DNA from: a virus | Lineage: Duplodnaviria > Caudoviricetes | Reading direction: 5' to 3' (one strand) | DNA: 29,748 nucleotides | IMG/VR virus record: IMGVR_UViG_3300020042_007480 | Coordinates: 1-29,748 of that record | Position numbers and translations under genes: made by a program | In this document: piece by piece, positions 5,447 through 14,186 of the stretch | How the letters are laid out: the number at the start of each line of letters is the position of its first letter | Position numbering within the stretch: position 1 is the first letter of the stretch | The notes under the pieces: model-generated | Told to the model about the DNA's origin: nothing | Databases searched by the model: none | The model's input: only the letters and a program-made list of their open reading frames with translations

Positions 5447-6472
5447 ATGCAAGCACTTGCAGAAAACAACACGACACCATCAACCGTGTTATGCGACACA
5501 CCAGCCAAGCAGCCAAAACTGCTCGACAGAGTTCGCGATCGTCTGCGCGTCAAACACTACGCCTACCTCACCGAGCAAACCTACATCCACTGGATAAAGC
5601 GCTTCATATTTTTCCACGACAAACGCCACCCGCAAGAAATGGGTGCGCCGGAAGTCGAGGCGTTTTTGTCCTACCTCGCCACCGCACGCGACGTGTCCGC
5701 CAGCACCCAAAATCAGGCCATGCACGCCATCCTGTTTTTATATCGCGAAGTGCTGGAAATAAAACTCCCATGGCTCGACGGCATCACCCGCGCCAAAACC
5801 GCCAAGCGCCTGCCGGTGGTGCTAACCGTACCCGAAACGCAAGCCCTGCTGAGCCACACCAAAGGCACACCGGGCCTGATCGTCAAGCTGCTATACGGCA
5901 CCGGCCTGCGCTTGATGGAAGCCCTACGCCTGCGCGTCAAGGACATCGACTTCACCCGCCGAACAATCACCGTGCGCGGCGGCAAAGGCGACAAAGACCG
6001 CGTGACCATGCTGCCCGCATCGCTCATCGAACCGCTGCAAGCCCGCCTAGCCGTGCGGCGAAAAATGCACGACATCGACATCGCCACCAATCACGCCGAT
6101 GTCGAGCTGCCGCACGCCCTCGAACGCAAATACCCAAACGCCGGCAAAGAATGGGGATGGCAGTATATATTCGCCGCCGCTGGCTACAGCGCAGATCCGC
6201 GCACCGGCGTGATCCGGCGCCACCACATCCACGAAAAAACCATCCAGCGCCATGTGAAAGATGCAGCACGCGCCGCCGGCATCCACCAGATCGCAACACC
6301 GCACACCCTGCGCCATAGTTTTGCCACGCATCTGCTCGAAACAGGCACCGACATCCGCACCATCCAGGAACTGCTAGGCCACAGCGATGTTGATACGACC
6401 ATGATCTACACCCACGTGCTGAATCGCGGCCCTGGCGGCGTGCTGAGCCCGCTGGATAGAGTGATTGCGTGA
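5447..6472 (+). CDS. intI: Integron integrase (IntI-type tyrosine recombinase)
   Basis: KLLDRVR...HYAYLTEQTYIHWI N-terminal domain; LYGTGLR, GGKGDKDR, HTLRHSFATH, LLGH, TTMIYTHV catalytic motifs; IntI-specific insertion VELPHALERKYPNAGKEWGWQYIF; AGGAG RBS. Confidence 0.95.
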   Translation: MQALAENNTTPSTVLCDTPAKQPKLLDRVRDRLRVKHYAYLTEQTYIHWIKRFIFFHDKRHPQEMGAPEVEAFLSYLATARDVSASTQNQAMHAILFLYREVLEIKLPWLDGITRAKTAKRLPVVLTVPETQALLSHTKGTPGLIVKLLYGTGLRLMEALRLRVKDIDFTRRTITVRGGKGDKDRVTMLPASLIEPLQARLAVRRKMHDIDIATNHADVELPHALERKYPNAGKEWGWQYIFAAAGYSADPRTGVIRRHHIHEKTIQRHVKDAARAAGIHQIATPHTLRHSFATHLLETGTDIRTIQELLGHSDVDTTMIYTHVLNRGPGGVLSPLDRVIA

Positions 6473-6753
6473 CCCGATACAAAACCATCCGCCAGTTTGC
6501 CATCGAATCCGGCTACACGGAGCATGCCATTCGTGGCAAAATCCGCGACGGCATCTGGCTAGAGGGGCGAGTCTGGAAGCGAGCCCCGGACGGTCATCAA
6601 CTAATCGACATCGAGGGTTATCACCAATGGGTAGAGAACGGCAACGGACTGGCGTGCGACCGGCCTCGGCAAGCTCGATCCAAATCGCGTTCACCTATCG
6701 CGGCATCCCCTGCCGTGAGCGAATCAAACTCCAGCCCACCACCGCTAACCTAA
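6469..6753 (+). CDS. xis: Excisionase-like protein
   Basis: YKTIRQFAIESGYTEHAIRGKIRDGIWLEG...IDIEGYHQWVE; GTGA overlap with the intI stop; overlaps the int start. Confidence 0.8.
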   Translation: MTRYKTIRQFAIESGYTEHAIRGKIRDGIWLEGRVWKRAPDGHQLIDIEGYHQWVENGNGLACDRPRQARSKSRSPIAASPAVSESNSSPPPLT

Positions 6754-7814
6754 AGCGCGCCGAGCAACACCGTGGCGCGATACTCGACGCCATCGAGCGC
6801 GGCACATTCGACTACGCAAAAACATTCCCGGAATCGCCGAACAGATTTCTGTTCGCAGAACAAAAAGGCGCGGGGTACAAATTAGAAATCTATCTCGAAA
6901 CATGGCTAGGACGCCAGGCCGCACACCTCAAGGCCAGCACCCTCGACGACTATAAAAAAATCGTCATGCACACCCTGATCCCCGAGATAGGCCAAACCTA
7001 CATCACCGACCTCAAGCGCGCGCAGATCCGCGATCTGTGTGAAAAATCAACCGCGAGCAACAAGCGGCTATCAAATATCCAGAGCGTGCTGCGCAAAGCG
7101 CTGCACGATGCCATCGACGACGACCTGATCGAAACCAATCCGCTCTATGGCTGGAAATACGCCCGCAAAGAAGCGCCAAAAACAATCGACGACATCGACC
7201 CATTCACAGCCGAAGAGCAGACCGCAATCCTGAACGCCTGCCGCGAACCTCAATGCCGCAACCTATTCCAGTTTGCATTTTGGAGCGGTCTAAGAACATC
7301 AGAGCTAATCGCCCTGGAGTGGGGCGACATCGACTGGCAGCGCGGCATCGTGCGCGTGAGCCGCGCCAAAACCCAGGCCAGCGACACGGCCGAGGGAACC
7401 AAAACACGGCGCGGCACGCGCGACGTGAAACTGCTAGCGCCGGCCATATCGGCACTCACATCACAAAAAGCGCACACCCATCTAGCCGGCGGCGCCGTGT
7501 TCCAGAACCCACGCACTGGCGAGCCATGGACAGGAGACCAACCAATCCGCCACGGCGCATGGACGGCCGCTCTAAAAAAGGCCGGCATCCGCTACCGCCG
7601 CCCCTATCAAACGCGCCACACCTACGCCAGTATGATGCTCAGCGCCGGCGAATCGCCCATGTGGGTCGCCGCGCAAATGGGACATGCAGACTGGAGCATG
7701 ATCGGGCGCGTTTATGGGAGATGGATACGGGATGCGGCGCCGGAGGCTGGCAATAAAGCGGTAGAAATGTTCGGCGCACCGCCTAAAAAAGAGGCTGCGC
7801 TAAAGCTGCGATAG
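6627..7814 (+). CDS. int: Phage integrase (tyrosine recombinase with arm-binding domain)
   Basis: SIQIAFTYRG arm domain; WSGLRTSE, GTKT, YQTRHTYAS, QMGH, RVYGRW; probable start MGRERQ at 6627. Confidence 0.93.
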   Translation: MGRERQRTGVRPASASSIQIAFTYRGIPCRERIKLQPTTANLKRAEQHRGAILDAIERGTFDYAKTFPESPNRFLFAEQKGAGYKLEIYLETWLGRQAAHLKASTLDDYKKIVMHTLIPEIGQTYITDLKRAQIRDLCEKSTASNKRLSNIQSVLRKALHDAIDDDLIETNPLYGWKYARKEAPKTIDDIDPFTAEEQTAILNACREPQCRNLFQFAFWSGLRTSELIALEWGDIDWQRGIVRVSRAKTQASDTAEGTKTRRGTRDVKLLAPAISALTSQKAHTHLAGGAVFQNPRTGEPWTGDQPIRHGAWTAALKKAGIRYRRPYQTRHTYASMMLSAGESPMWVAAQMGHADWSMIGRVYGRWIRDAAPEAGNKAVEMFGAPPKKEAALKLR

Positions 7815-7961
7815 CTAGGCTATTCAGGGCTTATTTTATGGCAACATCAAAAACACAATATCAATTAAATCAATAAGATACTGGCGGAGAGGGCGGGATT
7901 CGAACCCGCTTTAAGCCTTTACTGGCGCGGCTTCCAGGGCATGGCTGCGATAAAGCTGCGA
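7793..7961. other. attP: tRNA-Ser 3'-end core (7882-7909) flanked by arm-type direct repeats
   Basis: Reverse complement of 7882-7909 is GCGGGTTCGAATCCCGCCCTCTCCGCCA (T-arm, acceptor strand, G-CCA); GGCTGCG(C/A)TAAAGCTGCGA at 7793-7811 and 7943-7961; AT-rich IHF-like tract at ~7855-7880. Confidence 0.88.
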
Positions 7962-7962
7962 A

Positions 7963-8217
7963 TCACCGGCTTTTAGACGGCGCTTCGCCAACATCCTTTG
8001 TGCAAAGTTTTCTCCAGGCCGCGACCTTCCCCTGGTCTCTTCCATAACGGCGGTCAAATGCCCCGACTGTGATGCCGTCGCACATCAGATATTCCAGATC
8101 GGCCAGGGCAATATCAGCCGCAGTGGCCGCTTTTTCCGCCACGATCGTGGCATAGCCGTGCGTTGCGGCGCAGCCGGAGAGCAGCAGCGAGATCAGTAGC
8201 AACGACACGGCCTTCAT
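7963..8217 (-). CDS. Lipoprotein, spanin-like
   Basis: Signal peptide with lipobox LLSGC; at the end of the lysis cluster. Confidence 0.7.
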   Translation of the reverse strand: MKAVSLLLISLLLSGCAATHGYATIVAEKAATAADIALADLEYLMCDGITVGAFDRRYGRDQGKVAAWRKLCTKDVGEAPSKSR

Positions 8218-8423
8218 AGCAGCACCACCTTCTTGTCGGCCTTGATGCGGCCGTAAATTGCCAGCAGCGCCATGATCAGGCCCGTGATGTTTGTCGCCAG
8301 GTCGGCCGGGTCAATGGCTGCGCCGCTGGAAAGCTGGCTGATGATTTGACCGGCAAACACAATCGCCGCGCCGGCGCCGCCGGTAACGCCCTTGCTTGTC
8401 AGCATCGCTTTTGTTTCTTGCAT
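8214..8423 (-). CDS. Small two-TM protein, holin-like
   Basis: Two hydrophobic segments, AIYGRIKA basic tail; AAGGA RBS. Confidence 0.65.
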   Translation of the reverse strand: MQETKAMLTSKGVTGGAGAAIVFAGQIISQLSSGAAIDPADLATNITGLIMALLAIYGRIKADKKVVLL

Positions 8424-8449
8424 GATCGTTCCTTTCTTGTGTGGTTACT

Positions 8450-8647
8450 CTATTCGTCGTCTGGTTCCAGGTTATGGATAATCAGCCAATGCTCTATTTC
8501 AACGTCCTTGCACTTGATTCCCAGCTTGTTGGCAACGCCCTGTGCTATCCCTGGCAAAATCCTATCCAGCGCATCATGCGCGGCATCCGTACTGCTCACT
8601 GATACCCGCATGGATATGCGCGACCAGTATTTTTCAGGCTTGGTCAC
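8450..8647 (-). CDS. Hypothetical protein in the lysis cluster
   Basis: GTG start overlapping the endolysin TGA; the upstream part of the tracked ORF (to 8791) is likely spurious. Confidence 0.5.
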   Translation of the reverse strand: MTKPEKYWSRISMRVSVSSTDAAHDALDRILPGIAQGVANKLGIKCKDVEIEHWLIIHNLEPDDE

Positions 8648-9171
8648 TCCACGCCAAGAACGTGCTTTGCGCGTTGCCAGTACCCCAGTCGGTCGGTCAT
8701 GCCGTTGTAGCCGCCATTGATTTTTCTGGTAATGAGTTTGAAATTGTTCACGTCTGCCAATTGGTTTAAACCCTTCCAATGCCAAAACCAAGCAGCGGAA
8801 CGAAAGCCGTTTTCCGGCATCTCCAGCAATTCAGGGCTGGTAATCAATGGCAGGTTCAACGCCGTGCCGCACGTCCGGTAATTCGCACGGCCGGTAATCT
8901 GTATCGGGCCGCGCCCTTTGTAGCGCACGCCGTCTCCCGGTTCGGTATTCCCTAAATCGAGACGTCCTTCATACGCTTCGCCGCTGGCCAATTCTTTCCA
9001 GTAGCGCAACTGGCCAGACTCATGCGCCAACTGTGCCAGGAAAGCGGCCTCGCGCTCTGGCGTGACAATCTGAAATTCCTGCATTGCTGAATTCAGCAGC
9101 CCGCAGTAGATGTCGCACTTGTCACGGCTCAATAGCGTCATGATTTGCCGTAGGTCGTCAGGGGTAATCAC
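8644..9171 (-). CDS. Endolysin, glycoside hydrolase family 19 (chitinase-like)
   Basis: AAFLAQLAHESG, YKGRGPIQITGRANY, SAAWFW, ITRKINGGYNG; GTG start at 9171 overlapping the upstream stop. Confidence 0.92.
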   Translation of the reverse strand: MITPDDLRQIMTLLSRDKCDIYCGLLNSAMQEFQIVTPEREAAFLAQLAHESGQLRYWKELASGEAYEGRLDLGNTEPGDGVRYKGRGPIQITGRANYRTCGTALNLPLITSPELLEMPENGFRSAAWFWHWKGLNQLADVNNFKLITRKINGGYNGMTDRLGYWQRAKHVLGVE

Positions 9172-9476
9172 TCGCCCCTCCAGTTTCCAGTTTTCAGGAA
9201 CACCCACAGCGCGCCTGCAAAAATCAGAATCGGCAGCAGTGTCTTAGCGAAGGCCGATACAAACTTGATCGTCAACCAAAACCCCTTGGCGTTGTTGAAG
9301 GCTTCCAGCACCTCAGCTATTCGGCCAACGTTCTCGGACAGGGTTGCCAGCGTCTCGGATATTTTTTTATTACTCTCGAGCAGTCCGGCAATGGAGTCCT
9401 CGCAATCCTGCAACCGCGCGTGGACGTGCATCATTGCGTCGCCAGATCGTTTGTGCTGCTCCATGTCGTCTTTCAT
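9168..9476 (-). CDS. Coiled-coil protein with C-terminal TM, holin/antiholin-like
   Basis: Heptad region followed by a hydrophobic C-terminus; precedes the endolysin. Confidence 0.6.
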   Translation of the reverse strand: MKDDMEQHKRSGDAMMHVHARLQDCEDSIAGLLESNKKISETLATLSENVGRIAEVLEAFNNAKGFWLTIKFVSAFAKTLLPILIFAGALWVFLKTGNWRGE

Positions 9477-9532
9477 TGGCCGTCCTTTTTGTTATTATTT
9501 TTTCTTAGCCTTCTCGGAGTTGAAGTTATTTA

Positions 9533-10978
9533 TCACTTCCAATTCACCTTATGAGCCGCAACACCGGGCGGCAAGGAGACCCCAACGAGCGGCACGTTAT
9601 CAATATACAGATACCCACCATGCAGCAATTCCCCGACGCTCTCGCCCTGATCGTGCAGGTTGTAGAGTCGTTCCAACATCGCGCCGACCGGATCGAGCAG
9701 CACGATGGTTTTTCCGGTTAGGTTGTTTCCCAGGAACGGATGTGGGATCAGTGGCATGTCGAAATTTTTCAGGGATTGGTCGATCTCTACCAGTACATCC
9801 GGGGCGTTTTTGATCGCCAGCGCGTAGGCATCGCGCTGCGCGAACGGAATCTCACGAGTTTTTTTGTTGCGGAAGGATACAGGGATACCAGAAAAATCTT
9901 TGCGCCGCTTGTACTTTTTCCCGGTCACGGGGTCGATGTAGTCCGGGCGAATATCCGTTGGGCCGTTGTAGGCCCAGGGCGGGTCTTGTGCGACATAGGT
10001 CATCAGCACTTGCTTGGTCGTGCTGTCGATAACACCAAACACAAATAACGGTATATCCCCATTACCCAGGTTGTATGGGGGCGATGCTGTGGCATACCGC
10101 TGAGACGCATACTGGATTCCCCCGCCAGTGCCATCATAAGATAGATTCACAAAGGCGGCAGCGGTCGTAGTATTGGTGACATTGCCGGCGAACGAAGCGG
10201 TTAGCTCTGGAAACGAGCCGACACCATTCCATCTAAATTGCGGGTAAAACCCATAACTACCTCCAGGCAGCGTGAGATTAGCACTTCCCGAGACTTCACC
10301 GGTAGTGGTTTTCAACTGCGACTGCCCCACCGAGGCCGCGCTCAACCCGGTGACCGTACAAGCTACCGTCAACGTCTCATTTGACCCACCGCTCCCTTCA
10401 GTCAGCGTGATGCCCGTTCCAGCAACCAATTTCCCGTTTAAATAACCAGGCGTTGTATCGTCACTCGAAACCTTAGACTTTCCTGCTCCAAATCCGATGG
10501 TCTTGAATGCCGAACCACTGCACTGGATCACCAAAGAATCACCCTGCCCGAGCGTGATGGTCGACGCACCATCCACCAGCTCACTGGCATTCGGGTCGAT
10601 GGTGATCACGCCCGACCCGCTGTTTCGAACATAGCAATACCAGCCATCTGCCAGGGTCGCGGCGGCGGTCATGGTGAGGCTGAATGTCCCGCTGGTGCAA
10701 TCGATCAACTTGCCGCGATCCGCGGCCAACACCGTATAGGCTGTGGTTTTGGCCAGGTAAGGCAGGTTCGCGTGTAGCTTATCTGCCGTGCCTGCACTTT
10801 GTGATTCTGTCGTGAGCCCGTTGCCGATCTGCAATTGCGCCAACCCGCCCAGGGCATCCAGCAGCAGATTGAATTTATCAACCACACCCACCAGGTCTGT
10901 GAGGATCGCCTGCTTAGGATCGTCCGCGCTGGAATCGCTGTTTGCCTTGGTGGCATCGCTCGGTAAGGTCGTGCTCAT
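9533..10978 (-). CDS. Tail fibre / receptor-binding protein
   Basis: KTTAYTVLAADRGKLIDCT...YVRNSGSGVITIDP fibre module, Thr/Gly/Ser-rich; follows the central fibre gene. Confidence 0.75.
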   Translation of the reverse strand: MSTTLPSDATKANSDSSADDPKQAILTDLVGVVDKFNLLLDALGGLAQLQIGNGLTTESQSAGTADKLHANLPYLAKTTAYTVLAADRGKLIDCTSGTFSLTMTAAATLADGWYCYVRNSGSGVITIDPNASELVDGASTITLGQGDSLVIQCSGSAFKTIGFGAGKSKVSSDDTTPGYLNGKLVAGTGITLTEGSGGSNETLTVACTVTGLSAASVGQSQLKTTTGEVSGSANLTLPGGSYGFYPQFRWNGVGSFPELTASFAGNVTNTTTAAAFVNLSYDGTGGGIQYASQRYATASPPYNLGNGDIPLFVFGVIDSTTKQVLMTYVAQDPPWAYNGPTDIRPDYIDPVTGKKYKRRKDFSGIPVSFRNKKTREIPFAQRDAYALAIKNAPDVLVEIDQSLKNFDMPLIPHPFLGNNLTGKTIVLLDPVGAMLERLYNLHDQGESVGELLHGGYLYIDNVPLVGVSLPPGVAAHKVNWK

Positions 10979-13764
10979 GATTTCGGCCCTTTCAGTTCCA
11001 CGTCCACCACGGCGTCGGCCAAGGTTCCCGTGTTATCGTAAATTTTAAATTCGGCTGCGGGATATCCGTTCACCGTCTGGCTTTTGCTGATCAGCTCCCA
11101 GGTCCAGCCAGGGCCAACAGATTGCAAGGCCGCAATGGTGGCTTGGCTGATCGCCGCCATATCCCCCTCGCGGCTGCCGATCTTGAAATGCCCGGCGGCC
11201 GTACTGGAAAACCAACTGGATGCCTCCGTCGACGTGTTCACGTCCTCATAGTTCTCGACCACCGTCTCCGAATCGATCAGCGTCACCATGGTCTCGATGG
11301 TCGCCGCCGTATCGGCCATGCTGACCTTGATCTTCACATATCGCTTGCCTTCCACCATGGCCAGCGCGCCATAAGCGCCGGTGACCGATCCATCCGCCGT
11401 GGTGCCGGTTTTCATGGTTACGGTGGCGCTGCCGGTGCCCACAATGGTAACCAGCGGCGTGAAACTAACATCCGCGCCCAGGTCGATCACCTCGGTCTCG
11501 TAAACGATTGGGTTGGTGTTGGTGCCGATGGCGTTGATGGTTGCAGCCAGTCCGGCGATAGTGGCCGGCAGGCCCGAGATCGTGCTGGTTGAAACCGGTA
11601 TGAGAATATTGCTGTTTACAAAACATCCTGTCAGCGTGCCCGGCCATTCCAGCACATGCTCCAGTCTCTGCACCAGCACGTTTTTCAAGCGCGGATCGCC
11701 CAGCGTGACGGTGGTAAACAGCGCCGCATCGGACTCGTTGCCGCTGGAATCGATGGTCTTGATCGCCAGCGTCCAAGTACCGGCGGCCAGCTCGTTCGAC
11801 TCATAAGGGCTGTTGGTCAAAATCCCGTTGTGCAGCGCCGTCATGGCGTCCCAGTCGCTGGTGCTGCCGCTCTTATATCGGATCATGTATCCGCCGCCTG
11901 AGCGCACATCCGCCGGCACGCTGTTCAGCGTCCAGGCATAGCGCCGCGTGCCGTCGGATACGCGCACCACGGTGAATGTGTTCGGCGTGGGTGGCGCCTC
12001 GGTCTTACCGACCACCAGATGATTCAGCAGCATGGAATAAGCACCGCGCACCCCCAGCGAATTGATCGCGCGCACGCGGATGTCGTATAGGGTCGCATCC
12101 TCCACCGGCTGGATATACACCGCCGTGCTGTTGGTGATGGTAGGCGCCGGCGTCCAAACCGTATCCGATGCGCGCTTGAACTCGCACTCGTAGCGCTGCA
12201 CATATACATTGGCCAGCGCGTCCCATGACACATAAATGCGGCTGACAATCGAGCCCTCGCCCAGGATCAGCAGGTGATCCGTGCCGGATGCGGCGGCCAG
12301 ATTCGCCGGGGCGCCAACGGTGAACGGGTCCGGAAGAGTGGTGTCCGGTGCCGGGTCGACGGCGGTTTCGTCGCCCGTACTCCAGTCATAGATCGTGCTG
12401 GCAGTCTCGCGCAGGGTGAGCAAAATACCGATGGCCGGCTCACCCTGCTCATCTTCGAAGCTCTCGAACTTCCATTGCGAGACCTCGAAAACCTTGGAAC
12501 TCCAGCCAAAACGCGCCAGCGTCAGCGTCACCGTATCCCCGGCGCGCACCTTGAGCGCGGACAGCTTGCAGGGGAACTCGCACACGATCTGCTGCCGGGA
12601 CTTTTCCAGCTCCACCTTGGCGATGCGCTGCGCCATGGACACGTCCGTGGTGTAAGGCAGGTTAATGTCGCGAAAAATGCGCTCTCCATCGTCCTGGGTC
12701 TCATAGGTGGCATTGGTCACAACCGGAAAATCGGCCGGCTGCCACAGGTTGTCCGGGCTCACATACACGCCCTTAACCGCGTTGTATAAATCGCGGCGCG
12801 AGATGCGCGGGAATACCTTGACCGGACCGCGCGCATCGTCCTCGTCCAAATCCAGCGCCGGCGCCACGTAATAGCCGGCGATCACCGACCACTGGCCGCC
12901 GCTGTACACCACCTTGCCGCTCATGGCCGACAACATCTCGCCGACGTTATCCTCGGGTTTTTGGTTGGACTCAAAACTGCCGTTCAGCGTGTATCGGCTT
13001 TGCGTGCCGCCGGCCAACAGACTCACCGACTCATCGCACACATTGGCCGACGCCACCAGCGCATCCTCATTGATGGTGTTGGCGTAGGTGGCGCTGATGC
13101 CGTATTTCGTGTTCGACAAATAATCGGCGATGCACAAAGCGGCGTTGTTGCTGTATCCGGTGGAAGGGCCGCGAGGATCGTATATGTCGTTTTTCCCGGT
13201 CACCACCGCGCTAATATTCGGCAGGCCGTTCGGAAACAGATCGGCGCTGCCGACCAGGCGCAGATAAAAATAGGCGATGCCCTGCAAGCGGTGCGCACTG
13301 GTCCACTTGTCCGACGCCTCGGACATCAAATCGGTGTCGGCCGTCTGGCTGGTGCTGCCCAGGTGTTTTTTGATGCGCACAAAGCCGGCATATTTACCGG
13401 TGGCGTCACCGCTGCCATCCACTGGCACCAGCTCGTCGTTCAGGTACAGATCGCCAATTTCCTGCACCTGGTGACCGGCCACGGCAATCACCAGATGCAG
13501 GTGCGTGTCGTTGTCGGTGGCGTGCAAGAATACGATAGTTCCGCCGACCTTAACTTGGCCATAGATTACCCGGCGCGGCTGCACCGGCTGACGCACGGAT
13601 AGCGTTCGATCGCGTGAATAATTCGTGAAATTCGGGGCCGACGGCGCCTTGGGCTTGGGTGTCAGGATCGCCGACAGAGCATAGGTGATCGCCGTCACCA
13701 CCAAGGTGGTCAGCGTGATATAACCAGCGGCATAAGCGATTACCGCGACGATCACCGGCGGCAT
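10975..13764 (-). CDS. Central tail fibre / tip attachment protein (gpJ-like, with FnIII domains)
   Basis: PRRVIYGQVKVGG, IYDPR, NAALCIADYL, YDIRVRAINSLG; real start MPPVIV at 13764. Confidence 0.88.
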   Translation of the reverse strand: MPPVIVAVIAYAAGYITLTTLVVTAITYALSAILTPKPKAPSAPNFTNYSRDRTLSVRQPVQPRRVIYGQVKVGGTIVFLHATDNDTHLHLVIAVAGHQVQEIGDLYLNDELVPVDGSGDATGKYAGFVRIKKHLGSTSQTADTDLMSEASDKWTSAHRLQGIAYFYLRLVGSADLFPNGLPNISAVVTGKNDIYDPRGPSTGYSNNAALCIADYLSNTKYGISATYANTINEDALVASANVCDESVSLLAGGTQSRYTLNGSFESNQKPEDNVGEMLSAMSGKVVYSGGQWSVIAGYYVAPALDLDEDDARGPVKVFPRISRRDLYNAVKGVYVSPDNLWQPADFPVVTNATYETQDDGERIFRDINLPYTTDVSMAQRIAKVELEKSRQQIVCEFPCKLSALKVRAGDTVTLTLARFGWSSKVFEVSQWKFESFEDEQGEPAIGILLTLRETASTIYDWSTGDETAVDPAPDTTLPDPFTVGAPANLAAASGTDHLLILGEGSIVSRIYVSWDALANVYVQRYECEFKRASDTVWTPAPTITNSTAVYIQPVEDATLYDIRVRAINSLGVRGAYSMLLNHLVVGKTEAPPTPNTFTVVRVSDGTRRYAWTLNSVPADVRSGGGYMIRYKSGSTSDWDAMTALHNGILTNSPYESNELAAGTWTLAIKTIDSSGNESDAALFTTVTLGDPRLKNVLVQRLEHVLEWPGTLTGCFVNSNILIPVSTSTISGLPATIAGLAATINAIGTNTNPIVYETEVIDLGADVSFTPLVTIVGTGSATVTMKTGTTADGSVTGAYGALAMVEGKRYVKIKVSMADTAATIETMVTLIDSETVVENYEDVNTSTEASSWFSSTAAGHFKIGSREGDMAAISQATIAALQSVGPGWTWELISKSQTVNGYPAAEFKIYDNTGTLADAVVDVELKGPKS

Positions 13765-14186
13765 CAGCCTATCCTCCAGGCCGCGATCGCCTTGCGCCGG
13801 GCGATCAACACCATGCCGTCGAAGCTGGCGCAGGCGATGCGCTCCCCGGTACAAACGCCCAGCGCCTCGCCCAGCGGAGAATCCACCACGCACACGTCGC
13901 CGCGGCGCGCCATCTTGGGGTTAGACAGCGGGATATCCGGCAACAGGCTCTCGACCATATGCACCATGCCGCCGTATCCGCGCACGATCTCCAGTGCGGC
14001 ATCCTCATCCGCGTAAGCGCCGCGAAACTCGGCGGCGACATCCACGCCCGTCAAGGCCAGCACCCAATCCGCCGCGAACAAGCAGCAATCCCATTCACCC
14101 CAGACGAACGGGCGGCGCTCGGCGTCAGCCAGAAAATCGCTCAAGCGTTGCGGCCAATCTTCTGTTCTCACGAAATCGGCGATCAT
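13764..14186 (-). CDS. NlpC/P60-like tail tip assembly protein
   Basis: PFVWGEWDCCLFAADWV...ARRGDV; ATGA-coupled start at 14186. Confidence 0.8.
   Translation of the reverse strand: MIADFVRTEDWPQRLSDFLADAERRPFVWGEWDCCLFAADWVLALTGVDVAAEFRGAYADEDAALEIVRGYGGMVHMVESLLPDIPLSNPKMARRGDVCVVDSPLGEALGVCTGERIACASFDGMVLIARRKAIAAWRIG

Noticed and set aside
5412-5494. A fourth attC spanning the intI start
   Set aside because: R-like ends are present but there is no L-box pairing or continuous stem; it is kept only as possible binding sites.
5447-6472. XerC/D or a second phage integrase
   Set aside because: It contains the IntI-specific insertion and sits beside attC cassettes; a separate arm-type integrase is present.
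6465-6626. N-terminal extensions in the ORF track (int, DUF2303, gpJ, capsid fusion, endolysin)
   Set aside because: They overlap upstream genes; downstream starts with an RBS or stop-start coupling fit better.
7882-7909. Complete tRNA-Ser gene
   Set aside because: Only the T-arm and 3' acceptor strand are present; there is no 5' half, so it is an att core.
9533-13764. Diversity-generating retroelement or invertible fibre switch
   Set aside because: No reverse transcriptase, template/variable repeat pair or invertase was seen in this window.
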